Source of the DNA: Eledone cirrhosa
Lineage: Eukaryota
Length of the DNA stretch: 64,000 bases
Assembly (NCBI GenBank): GCA_964016885.1
Contig: OZ024743.1
Span: forward strand, 154,690,001-154,754,000
Reading direction: 5' to 3'
Positions 1 to 11,593 of this stretch are shown piece after piece (position 1 is the stretch's first letter; each line of letters begins with the position of its first letter). Below the pieces are notes generated by a model, which saw nothing but the letters and a program-made list of their open reading frames with translations, was not told the DNA's origin and searched no databases. The position numbers were made by a program, and so were the translations under genes.

Positions 1-22
1 GGGCTCACTACTGTGTGTTGAA

Positions 23-30
<8 letters not shown>

Positions 31-63
<33 letters not shown>

Positions 64-252
64 CGAAGGAAACGTGGTTAGGGAACAGATGGACCATAAC
101 GCACCAAAGTACTCAATACTTAGGGTAGTAGAGTGGGTAATAGGAACGAGTAGGACCCGAAGGCTGAGCTCAAGCCGTTTCGACGGCTAATTCTGGACTC
201 CAGAATTAGCCGTTGAAACGGCTTGAGCTCAGCCGTCGGGGTCCTACTCATT

Positions 253-328
<76 letters not shown>
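31..328. repeat. (TA)n microsatellites flanking a 195-bp palindromic PLE end
   Basis: TA runs at 31-61 and about 255-328. Confidence 0.95.
62..256. mobile_element. Miniature foldback derivative of the PLE pseudo-LTR at 30846-33736
   Basis: Arms 140-197 and 199-256 are near-perfect inverted copies around CTGGA-C-TCCAG. The sequence matches the outer ends of 30846-33736. Confidence 0.85.
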
Positions 329-329
<1 letters not shown>

Positions 330-363
330 TTACAGTAATCAAAGTTCAGTTTAAGTCATTTAT

Positions 364-412
364 TTGCTTACAATTGTTTCCTCCAAACCGAGGTTTAGAT
401 TCTTCGGAGCAA
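364..412 (-). ncRNA. Minimal type I hammerhead ribozyme motif
   Basis: Minus strand reads TTGCT-CCGAAGA-ATCTAAAC CTCG GTTTGGAG-GAAA-CAATTG-TA-AGCAA: 5-bp stem I, stem II, palindromic ACAATTGT stem III, U4C core variant. Confidence 0.7.
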
Positions 413-679
413 CTATTTATAACATACTTGACCTCCTTTTCAACCCAAGAGACACATAAAACATATGCGCATATTGATCAACAGTGGGGTGACATTCATC
501 AAATGATATAGCATGGCAATTTACATATAAAGGTTACAGGATAAAAATAAAATAAAAACAAGAGTGAAAATAAGAGTGAAAATAAAGATAAACATGAAGC
601 GTTGGCAGTCTATGAAGATAAAGCATATATATATATGACTTACTCAAAATGACGAACGTTGAATGTTCAACCTCAACAC

Positions 680-870
680 CTACAATAACAACGTCACTGG
701 AATACCAACAACAATATCTACAACAGCAACAACATCAGAATGAACAGCAATACTAATATGTACAACATCAACATTAGAAGGAACAACAACAATATCTACA
801 ACAACTGCGGCATCAAACGATAAAAAAAGCCAAACAACAGCCACCACCATTACCATCACCACTCGGTCAA
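680..870. repeat. Degenerate (CAA)/(CAC)-rich low-complexity tract
   Basis: Repeated ACAACAAC/CCACCA motifs. Confidence 0.7.
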
Positions 871-885
871 CGATCAAATATTATG

Positions 886-1054
886 AAAGGGTTGGACTCC
901 ATGCTTTGCAGCAAAGAGTTACGTCCCTTCATGGTCTGATTTAAAATCCCGCCGAGGTTAACTTTGCCTTTCGTCCTTACGGTGTCGATAAAATAAAGTA
1001 CCAGTAATACACTAGGATATGTGCTGGCCTTGTGCCATAAGCAGAAACAATTAT
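886..1054 (+). mobile_element. tRNA-derived SINE (octopod-type, Meta-domain-like core)
   Basis: Core GGTTAACTTTGCCTTTC.TCCTTACGG.GTCGATAAAATAAAGTACCAG and tail GGCCTTGTGCC...AGAAACAATTAT shared with other copies in the window. Confidence 0.85.
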
Positions 1055-1126
1055 GAAAACAATAACAACGATAATACTGTTCAGTATTATCGTTGTTGTC
1101 AACAGTTGCCATATCTATAGTATTAA

Positions 1127-1309
1127 TAATTGTTTCTACTGTTGGCACAAGGCCAGCAATTGCCACCGTGTATTACTGGTACTTTATTTTATCGACCCCG
1201 TAAGGATGAATGGCAACGTTAACCCCGGTGGGATTTGAACTCAGACCATAAAAGGCAGTAACTCTGTGCTGCAAAGCATGGCGTCTGACCCTCTACGGAT
1301 ACTGCCAAG
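1127..1309 (-). mobile_element. tRNA-derived SINE, same family
   Basis: Reverse complement has A-box-like TGGCAGTATCCGTAG, B-box-like GAGTTCAAATCCC, the core and an (ATT) tail. Confidence 0.9.
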
Positions 1310-1419
1310 CTGTGTAAGTGATTGGCGTGTGTGTGTGTTTGTATGCATGAGGGTCTGTGTGTTTGCGTGTGAGTGAATGTGTGTGTGTGTGTGTGTGTTT
1401 GTCGTATGTATGAGTGTCA

Positions 1420-4400
1420 CTAAGTGATATTTTTTTCATGCGCGGCGACATAGAAATTATCGGGTGGATATCCGATCGTGTGGTCAAACAACTGGGAATG
1501 AAGGACTCCTAGCCCTTATCAGGGCAATCTTGCAGTAGACGACATCTGAAGAAACTTGGTTAACTCCGACATAAAACCTGCGGCTCAGTAGTTACCGATA
1601 ACGTTGATCTTTTCTTCTTTTCGGGTTATAGCCAGTGTCGCTAAGAGAGTGGAATGGCACAGTCTTTCCTCACTTTAACAAAAATCTTCGCGTACAGGCA
1701 TTGCACGATAGCATTAATTAATAATATTAATAATGTTGTTGTTATTATTTCTTTTTCTATCAGCTGAATTTCTGGCTGGAGCCTTAAAAAGAAACCAATT
1801 CAATGATGTTCCAAAACAATATACAAGATATACTTGGCAATAAGGTCTCTGGAACAAAAGAGATAATTGAATAATAAGGGCAGGGGCCCCAGGGTATCAC
1901 AGCCTGAACACGCTCGTCATCATGCCACTATGATAGAGCCAAACAAGGCATGTAATATTGGGTGCTGGAAATTACGGACTCTTCCTGACAGGGATTCCTC
2001 CAAACGTCCTGAACGAATGACCGCTCTTGTTGCAAAGGAGCTTCATCCTTGCGATCTTAACATTGGGTTCTCTCCGAGACGAGGTTAGCTGGAGATGGTC
2101 ATCTTATAGCATTTTGTGGAGAATACACATTCTTCTGGAAAAGGAACAACTGAAGGAACTAGAAGAGAGGCTCGGTTAGCATTTGTTGGTAAGACTGCTC
2201 TTGTGGATAGATTGGAAGAATTGCCAGCGGGAATTAGTGAGCGTATTATGTACGTGAGAATCCCGCTGGAAAAATGAAGATTTGCGACCCTGGTGAGTGT
2301 GTATGTTCCAACTATGAATTCTCTCGATGAAGAAACAGTGTCTTTCTACCATGCCTTGAAAGGTATTTTAAGAAATATCCATCTAGGCAGACAAGGTCAT
2401 CGTGCTTGGTGACTTTAATGCTAGACTGTGTAGGGATTTTAACACATGGAATGTAATCGGAAGGGATGGGTTGGGAAAATGTAACAGCAATGGTATGCTA
2501 CTGCTGCAGATGTGTGAGGAGCTGGATCTGTGAGTTACCAACACCATGTTCCAGCAAAAGAACAAATTTATGACCACATGGAAGCATCCTGCATCTAAGG
2601 AAGGGCATCTTTTGGAGAACGTTTTTGTCAGGGAGCGTGACTGACGGGTATTGCCGTGTGTTCGTGTTCTTTGTGGGGCTGAGGGCTGGACGGTCCACCG
2701 CCTGGTACGCGCCAAAGTGAAACTAATCACTAAATGTTAAATCCGGGCTCCAGGTATTACCCTGCCTAGGAGATTGAATGCTGTTCGTCTTAGGGATAAT
2801 AATGTGAAGAGGACATTGCGAGAGGATATGCATGTTGCAGATTTTGGTGAGGACTGGCTGACCCTTAAAAAGTCGGTTTATGATGTAGTCAGGCGGATTC
2901 TGGGATTAGTGCAGGTAAAGCATGAAGACTGGTTTAATGAAAATGATGAACATATAGATGACTTGTTGGATGATAAGAGGCCGTCTCTCTCAAACTACTT
3001 GGCAGGAAAACCACAGTAGAATATGTTGCATAAGGAACTCAAGGATGCGAAATCACGTGTGAGGCGGAGGCTTTCTCAGATGAAGGATAAGTGGTGAAGT
3101 GAGAAGGCTGATGAGATACAAGCTGCATCAGATTACAGTACAGTCTCTTGCGTGAAGTTTATGGAAGGTCTTCTTCTTTGGAGACACCGCTTCGCAGCAA
3201 GGATGGCAGGGTACTTCTTCGTGACTCACAATGAAGTCTGCGAAGGTGGCGAGATCACTTTGATGAACTTTTGAATCAGCCGGCTGTCGTCAATGAAGAT
3301 TTCCTAAATCTCATTCCTGAAAAACCCGTGAAAGTAGCTCTCACAGAACCACCGACTCTTGTGGAGGTTGCATAGCCTATCTCAGTAAAAAATGTAGTGA
3401 AAAAGGGGTATATTCCAGCACCGACCCTATTTGCCATATACATTGTAATGGTTATCTATATTGCATTCAGAAATTGTAAGCATGGTATTTACATCCAATA
3501 TAGAACCTCTGGCAGCATATTTTACATCAGGCGCTTTGCAGCGAAAACAAAAGTATTTACATCAATTATAAGAGGCCTCTGATATGCAGATGTTTGCGAT
3601 CTTGTAGCGCACACAGACAGTGATATGCAGCACATTTTTAATGCATTTTCTGATGCTTGTACTGCCCTAGAATTGACTCAGTCTCAAGGAAACTGTGGTC
3701 ATATACAAACCTGCTCCTGGTAAGCAGTACAGTAAGTTAAATATCTATGTGTATTGTAAACGACTTGGAGTGGTTGATCAGTTTGTCTACCTGGGAAGCA
3801 CTGTCAATCGATACAGCAATCTTGATAATGAAATTCCACTAAGGATTAGGAAAGCACGTGATGCTTTCGGAAAGCCTGAAATACGCCTCTGGTGTCGACG
3901 AGACATATTCAAAGGGACAAATGTAAAGGTGTACAAGGCATGTGTGCTCTCTTCTCTTCTTTATGCCTGCGAAACCTAGGTCACATATCGACACCACCTT
4001 AAAAAATTGGATCATTTCCATCAGATGTGTCTCAGACGGATCCAAGGCGTTCACTGGAGAGACCACATCAGGGCCATCCAGATTTTGGAAAGCTCTGTGT
4101 GACAGTATAGAAGTTCTTTGTGTTTAAGCACAGACTCTGATAGAGTGGTCACCTTGCCAGGATGAAGGATTCTAGAATACCGAAACAACTTTTTTATGGA
4201 GAGTTAGTTAAAGGAAAATAACCTCCAATTAAACCCCAAAAGAGGTATAAGTATTCGTTGAATCCTCCTTGAAAGATGCTAAAATCTCCGCCGATAAAAT
4301 GGTAACACGTAGCTGCTGATCGTAATAAATGGGGAAAGACTGCATATGAGGGGAAAGTTGCCTTTGAGGTATCTCGAATCACATACGAGAAAGTAAAAAA

Positions 4401-4757
4401 GGATGTGAGGAAGAGTATTGCTGTTGCATTTCCAGACAGCGAAGGTCCTCCTATGGTTCTGACATGCAACGTCTGGGCCAGATCCTGCCTCATCAAAGCT
4501 GGAATCGAAATTCATCTTCGCAGTCATAAAGTGAGACCAGTGGTTGACTACCAGACTGCTGTTGGAGATACTAGTTATCATGCCTGCCAAGCATGTGGAA
4601 TAGAATGTAGATCATCAGAAGTCCTCAAACGACATGCAACATGACATGGACTCCAAGCACAGCCGGCTACTGCTAGTAAATGTTTTGGTTACCAATTCTG
4701 TGCAAGACACTTTAGATCATTGGCTGAGCTAAAAAGCCATTCGATCACAGCACCGTT
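1420..4757 (+). mobile_element. Decayed RTE-clade LINE with internal RT deletion
   Basis: APE motifs (NIGCWKLRTL..RPERMTALVAKEL, VLGDFNARL), RT C-terminal part (APTLFAIY, YADV, FVYLGS, VYKACVLSSLLYACET), C-terminal C2H2 fingers. Many stops and frameshifts, and a jump near 3380 removes the N-terminal RT. The 5' boundary is approximate. Confidence 0.9.
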
Positions 4758-4765
4758 AATTGTTA

Positions 4766-4846
4766 TTGTGTGAGTGTGTGTGTGTGTGTGTGTGTGTATC
4801 TGTATATATATATATATAAAGAGAGGGACATGTATATGTGTGTGTG

Positions 4847-4934
<88 letters not shown>
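4766..4934. repeat. (TG)n/(TA)n microsatellite
   Basis: Direct reading. Confidence 0.95.
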
Positions 4935-4937
<3 letters not shown>

Positions 4938-5202
4938 AAAGCATATATTGAGTTAGAAACTCAAAATAGTCTCATTACAGTAAATTAGCTCTAAGAAAAA
5001 AGATTTTTCCGAGCCGTATATAACTGAACAAAAGGGAAAATGGAAAAACGAACACAGACATATATATATATTTTTGTTCAAATCGTAATGGACGAAAATC
5101 GCTAAGGTAAAAAAATTATTAACTACAGACAATAGGGTTTGCTAGACTCAATTTAAGAATACATTAAGAAATATAAATACAAACCAGTCTTGTGGTAACT
5201 AC

Positions 5203-5289
5203 CATCACCCAGTCGGTCTTTGATAGAACCGTTTCGCAATATTATTTGTGAAGAGATATACCAAATTCCAGGCTCATGAATGGGTGATG
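5203..5289 (-). ncRNA. Hammerhead motif, degenerate copy
   Basis: CATCACCCA-TTCATGA-GC...GC-GAAA-CGGT..ACCG-AC-TGGGTGATG: 9-bp stem I, mutated core and cleavage triplet. Confidence 0.5.
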
Positions 5290-5627
5290 AAATTAGTATC
5301 CACCTCACTTCTAGGTCAAATAGAAAACTGGAAAATGTGTGTATATATATAACGCACATGGTTCCCGAAATTAGGGTGTCGCGCATACGTACGCCATTAA
5401 AAATAGCAGCCGGGTCTACACGACATTTGAAATAGCTCTACGTATTAACGGAGCCGAATATATCAAAAGCATGAATTGAGTTAGGAACTCAAAATAGTCT
5501 CAATTACAGTAAATTAGCTCTAGGAAAAAAGATTTTTCCGAGCCGTATATATATATCAAAGACCGTCAGGGTGATCGTAGTTACCACAATACTGGTTTGT
5601 ATTTATTTTTCTTAATTTATTCTTAAA

Positions 5628-7875
5628 CTAGCACATTTACCCGGCGTTGCTCGGGGTTTGAAATTATGCTACGAATATACAGCTAGGAAGTAAAAGAAGA
5701 AATATATTTGTCTCCAACCTGTATAATAAGTATTCAATAAATAATGCAAACGAATATTTAGTACAATCTTTATACACATAAAACTATGCTGATAATGAAC
5801 GAAAACATTGAACAGGATGTAGTTATACAAATGATTAAAGACAATAGACGTTGCAAATCTGTAAAACAACAGGCAGTTGTTCTAAAGTACAAAGATTTGT
5901 AATGAAAGCAGAGTTGTATACACACAAAAAAAAAAACAATGAGAGTAGAATAAGAGAAAATATATTCTTTGAGAGCATCCTTTGCTGTGTATGGTTACAT
6001 TTTGAACTTATAATCCAAAATATCCTGCATGATATATCCATTGGTATGTTTCGTAATGAGATCAAGGAAGAGCTGTAATAAGTGTTTTTGTTAACACTAA
6101 AGCACTTCAGAATAGACGATTTTCTTTGTTTTTCTTTTCGGAACAAACGCAAAGAGAGTATCTCTACTACCAACACGTGAGCAGGCAACGTAGAATTCTC
6201 CGTGCGAAAACAAGGTTCATCCAAGTAAATTCCAGCGACGGACAGAGTTTCACCTTCCGACCTATTTATGGACATCGCAAAGGCAACAGGAAATGGAAAT
6301 TGGGTTCGGCGAAAGGAGAAGGGAGTATCCATGCCTGATTTTATAAGGCTAATTTTTGTTATTATCACATCTTCGCCTTTTCCACATCCGGATAGGGCAA
6401 ATTAACCTTACCATTGGAGCAGCACATTCTAGCCTATTCTCCCACCCACTTTTTAGCTTTACAATGTTGGCAGGTATTTGACATGGCATATATTTGAATA
6501 TCAGGATGGATTTGATAGTTTACATTAGGGTCATAATTAACTACCTTAAGGTTCCATCGTGAGCGTGATACCTTTGAAATACCCCTCGATAAAGGTCTAC
6601 GTTGAGCGTTGCCCTTCAGCCGAATAGCTCGACTTGTTACACTCTCTACAGCTCGTGCCGTAGCAGTAGCTGAAGCACTTCTCAATTGGCGACGTTGACG
6701 TTCTTGCTCAGTCTCAATTGCTCTGGCTGCAGCATTATCTGAAGCATTACGCGCACGGCATGTTTCATATGTTTGTACTATCTCTGCATATCTTGCTGCA
6801 GCAGTATCTGTAGCATGCATAGCAAGTCGTGTTTAACGTTGCTCTGTAGTCTCTGCAGCTCGTGCTGCAGCAGTGGCTTTAGCATTATTGCTTCGCCGCA
6901 CTAAACGACGCTCAGCGGCGGGCAAATGTGTCGCAATATTTTGTGATTGTCTATTTTCGGTTATCGGTGGAGCGTCATTTACACGCATTGTTTTCTTCGA
7001 CCAAGAGGTCAAAGTCCGAGAGCCAAAGATGTGCATACTTTCTTTTGGTGAAAAATTGTAAAGTCAAAATCTATGAATTGAAGCGTTACAGTAAAATAAA
7101 AATATATACTGGCAAAACTTAAAAAAATCCTTTGAATAACTACATCCTGTTCAGTATGTTCCTTCATTGTCAAAAACGTTTCATGTGTACAAATACAGCT
7201 GGAAGCATAGATAATGCCTGCCTCAAATGTGGGCGAAATTACTTTAAAAATGTAAAAGTTGTAGGTCCCAATGGTTTGAATGGAAATTCCCATAAGGATT
7301 GTTCTAAAAATAAACAAGCCACCATCAAAATTTCGTCAATACGAGACTGCTGCGAGATTAGGCCCTTACTGCGAAAATTAACACTTAATATAATAAGTGT
7401 TTTTTTAACTTTGAAAGTGTAAGTGTTTTTTTTACTTTTTTTGTATCAACATGGCTTATGAAAATAGCGATACCGACTTTGAAGGTTTTACACATGACGA
7501 CATTCAGAATAAACAAGAATCAAGCGATAATATTATGAATTTGATGTTTATATTTCTGAAATTTCATCCGACGATGATTGTTGCTTTAAAATTGAAAAAC
7601 GAAGTTCTCCATATATCCCCTCTCGCACTCTCTTTATAAGGATTGTCAATAAAGTTGGTTTTCTCCTATACATCAATTTTGCTACGGATAATTTTTCTAT
7701 AGATTTGTTATTGCTCAACATTGGTCGATTTGTAGGATTCGTGTGATGCGACAATACTAGCGACCTGTGCAACGTGCACAGCAAATTTGGTCAAATTCGG
7801 TTGGTAATTGTAAAAGCCTTAGTTATCCAAAGTTGTACACAGACACACACACATCCTCGCTTTTATATATATGGA
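5628..7875 (-). mobile_element. Internally deleted Helitron
   Basis: 5' TC at 7875, 3' hairpin CCCGAGCAACGCCGGG plus CTAG at 5628, inserted at A|T without TSD. Pif1 C-terminus (FAMSINRSEGETLSVAGIYLDEPCF) is joined near 6395 to N-terminal CQHCKAKKWVGE..MCCSNGKVNLP and STPR-like ET.EQR repeats. Confidence 0.92.
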
Positions 7876-8250
7876 TTGAGTCTAGCAAACATATTGTCTG
7901 TAGTTAGTATTTCTTTCACCTTAGCGATTTTGCTCCATTACGATTTGAACACATATATATATATATATATATATGTCTGTGTTCGTTTTTCCATTTTTCT
8001 TTTTGTTCTGTGATATACGGCTCGGAAAATCTGTTTCCTAGAGCTAATTTACTGTCATGATATTATTTTGAGTTTCTAACTCAATTCATGCTTTTGATAT
8101 ATTCAGCTCCGTTAATTCTTAGACCTATTTCAAATGTCGTGTGGACCCTGCTGCTATTTTTAGTGGCGTAAGTATGCGCGACATGCTAATTTCGGGAACC
8201 ATTTTACAGTTTTCTATTTGACTTAGAAGTGAGGAAGAAAACTAATTTCA

Positions 8251-8333
8251 TCACCCACTCATGAGTCTGGAATTTGGTATATCTCTTCACAAATAATATT
8301 GCGAAACGGTTCCATCAAAGACCGTCTGGGTGA
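8251..8333 (+). ncRNA. Type I hammerhead motif (G5C core variant)
   Basis: TCACCCA-CTCATGA-G...C-GAAA-CGGT TCCATCAAAG ACCG-TC-TGGGTGA: 7-bp stem I, 5-bp stem III, GUC triplet. Confidence 0.65.
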
Positions 8334-8550
8334 CGGTAGTTACCACAATACTGGTTTGTATTTATATTTCTTAATTTATTCTTAAATTGAGTCTAGCAAA
8401 CCCTATTGTCTGTAGTTAGTATTTTTTTCACCTTATCGATTTTGGTCCATTACGATTTGAACACACACACACATATATATATATACATATATATATATAT
8501 GTCTGCGTTCGTTTTTTCCTTTTTGTTCAGTTATATATATATATACTTTA

Positions 8551-9847
8551 TCTATATATTAATACCCTTATAAATACGTACCGTACGTCCGACCGTGTGT
8601 GTCATGCTTTCAGTAATTACATAGTAATTCATATGTTGTTGAAAACAAATCCGTATCATACATACAATAATTTGATGTAATGCTCAGCGCCGAATATTTT
8701 TTTCATTGTCTTATCATTCACCGCCCAAGAACGACTTCAACTCCCAACAGAAGAAATTATATATTTTATATTACTGTCGTGAGTTAAGTTGAAAATGGAT
8801 AATACACTCTATTTTTACCTCCTCCAAATAGGTTATGCTTTACCCTCAGTTAGTTTGTTACTTTTTCTTTTGTTACAAGTTTTTGTTTATGACAAGCATC
8901 ATCTCTAACCACTTTCTTATACCAGTTAGGTGTTCCTTATAATTACTGAAAAAAGAACATTCTTAAAAATGGAAGATAGAATAGGTCAATAAATAGAGGC
9001 AGCGAGAGAACCACAAAAAAGACGAGACAACGGTTACGAGCAGACGAGAGGCAAGGAATCCGTGACCGTATTCGAGAACACATGACATAAAGGCGGATTA
9101 ATATGTGCCAAGAGGAGAGGGAGGCTTATCTACAGCATAGAAGAGGCGGAGTTCATGATAGAAGAAGTAACATGAATCCAGATGCGAGAGAAGGACCTCT
9201 ACAGAATAGAAGAAACTCAGAGCATGACAGAACAAATAACATGAATCCAGAGGAGATAGAGGCTTATCTACAGAATAGAAGAAACGTAGATCATGATAGA
9301 AGAATTAATCTGAATCTAGAGGAGAGAGAAACCTATCTACATAATAATATAAACAGAGTTCAAGAGCGTAGAAATGACATGAATCCAGAAGAGAGAGAAA
9401 CTTATCTACATAATATAAGAAACAGAGATCAGGAGAGAAGAAATGACATGAATCCAGAGGAGAGAGCATGTTATCTAGAGAATATGAGCAACAGAGTTCA
9501 ACTGCGGCGAAATGCCATAATTGAAGAGTAACCTTTGAGCAAGGGCGATGAACAATGTCAGAGTTAATGTGATACCTCAAAACGAATCCACCCATGGCCG
9601 CAGAAGGGGAATCACCTTTACTAGAAACATTGTATATAGGGAAGTGCTTTAAAGGATGTTTTTTTATGTGTACTTTTATGAAATTAATTTTAAATAAACT
9701 TACATTATTTTACATAAAATAAAGGAAAATATAATTGTTTATTCACCAAAGTAGTGGAAATCAAACAACTTTGGTTAACTGATAAACATTCATTGGACAA
9801 TATTTACATTTCCAAAATTATCCGTGAATATTCACGGGTCAAGCTAG
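8551..9847 (+). mobile_element. Non-autonomous Helitron with 23-aa STPR-like coding repeats
   Basis: 5' TCTATATATTAA, 3' hairpin CCGTGAATATTCACGG (9822-9837) plus CTAG|T, and 69-bp repeats at 9103-9531 encoding MNPEERE.YL.N.RN. Confidence 0.8.
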
Positions 9848-9873
9848 TTATTATTATTATTATTATTATTATT

Positions 9874-11572
9874 GAGGCTGAACGGACGTCTTTTTGCTCG
9901 CTCCGGTAAGTCTATTTATTTACCTGTCAAACATATTTATTGAATTTGTTGTTGTTGTGTAAGGCATACAAGTCCTTGGACTTTGCCCTGTGAAGGTGAA
10001 AGAATAATATTTGGGCCTTTAGGCCCAAATATTTGAATTAATTTTGCATTTTTTAAAAAATGATCGAAACAAAAACATGGCTGAGCAACGCCCCCCCCCC
10101 CCCCCCCAGCGATATGTTTGCTGTCGTGCGACAACGACGTAAAAGTTGAGAAGAACTTTAAGGCGAAATTTGGGGAAATTGATGCAACAAACGCCACCAT
10201 AAACAGCATGAACACAGACGGCAATGGAAACAACACAGAACTCTAATTTTGAAAAAAATGACAGTAATAGCGACAACCAAAATACAGATAACAGAAAAAA
10301 TGACAAGTGCAACCAAAATATCAACACCACTAACATGAAACAAGAACAACGACAACAACAACACCACCTCTTCAAATTCTTCTGGAGGGCTCAGGTTCCG
10401 CTGGAGAGGCGGTTCATCGGTTGCCAGCACCCTCTGCGTGGAGGGCTGGACATCCCGTGGCTAATGATGCGCAGACACGCGTTGAGGCTGCGGCATCTCG
10501 AGATATTCTACCTAAACTGTGAACAGGTGTGGTCGCCATTCGTCAGACGGGCCTTTCCGCAGCTCGTCTCTTTGACTGAGCTGCAGTCCTGGATCAAGAA
10601 GAGACTGATACTGGGTGACTGGCGTCTGGAATGTGCCAGGCACTCGCTGCTCTCTACCAGGCGGGCAGTGCGGTCAGTGGAACTTCCACTCTCGAGTTCT
10701 ATAAAGGATTAGTGGTGGGTAAGTGCGACGACGCACTCGACGAGGCCCTGGGAGTCGACGAAGTCGAACTAACCAGTCTGTTCTGTAGGACTTTCGAGCC
10801 GGGAACGATGGATAATTTCCAAAAATCCCTCGCTTGGCAGTGCTACCGGCGGGCACAGCCGGTTCGAGATAAATTCTACAGGCACGGAAGTGCTGTCAGA
10901 AGGACTTGCCCAACATGCGCGCAGAGCAACGAAACCGTTATCCACTCACTTGTCCAGTGTCCGTGCATTACTGACTTGTGGAGTTATGTCGAACAGCTGT
11001 TGTCGTGTGAAGAACGGATCCGGCTATCAGCCGAGTCCATAGTGAAGATCGACCCGCAGCCTTCCTTTGGCCAGGAAGGGCAGGCAATTTTCCTCTGTCT
11101 GGTGGCAGTGGCGAAAGAGGTTGTATGGTGGAAGAGGTTGAAAGGACTGAAAACAGACACTTTTCTCCTCGGCCAATCCTTCATCAACTTTTTCAAGTTT
11201 CACTTGGAAAGGAAGTTGAGGGTGGAGAGAGAAGCGCTGCCCCCTCCCCCAGTACATTTGCTAAAAGGTGGGTGAATGTGCCGAGAATGGCCTGTGTGAG
11301 CTGGTCATGCGCCTGTAGGTGGGTGAATTTGAGGGGAAGAGGGGTGCTCTTCCAGGGTACTCTCGAAGCGTCGGGTCGTTCAGGATTGGTGGGGTACCTG
11401 AGCGAACCTGGGTGGTCATCCCCCCTATTGTGGAATTTTTCTTCTTGTATTTTTCTTGTTACTTTGTTATTGTTATTCATATTGTTTACTCGATTTTTCT
11501 GTAAAACCCCACTGTCCCATTCTTTTGTATTGTCCCCATATATGTCGGCCCTTGTGGCCAATAAATGAAATC
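9874..11572 (+). mobile_element. L1/Tx1-type LINE copy A (large internal deletion)
   Basis: Shares its 5' UTR with copies B and D, then jumps at about 10368 to the ORF2 C-terminus (LFKFFW..GGLDIP, zf-RVT CPTC..ETVIHSLVQC). 3' end AATAAATGAAATC followed by (ATT)n. Confidence 0.88.
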
Positions 11573-11593
11573 ATTATTATTATTAATGTTATT

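Larger units (their letters stand above)
4934..8535. mobile_element. Non-coding ~510-530-bp hammerhead-bearing repeat unit in partial tandem plus inverted arrangement, interrupted by a Helitron
   Basis: 4934-5550 is about 1.2 units (ATCAAAAGC recurs at 4934 and 5462). 5555-5627 plus 7876-8535 is about 1.4 units in the opposite orientation. Confidence 0.85.

Noticed and set aside
1420-1720. HDV-like ribozyme in the RTE 5' UTR
   Set aside because: Known in some RTEs, but I could not trace the nested double pseudoknot by eye.
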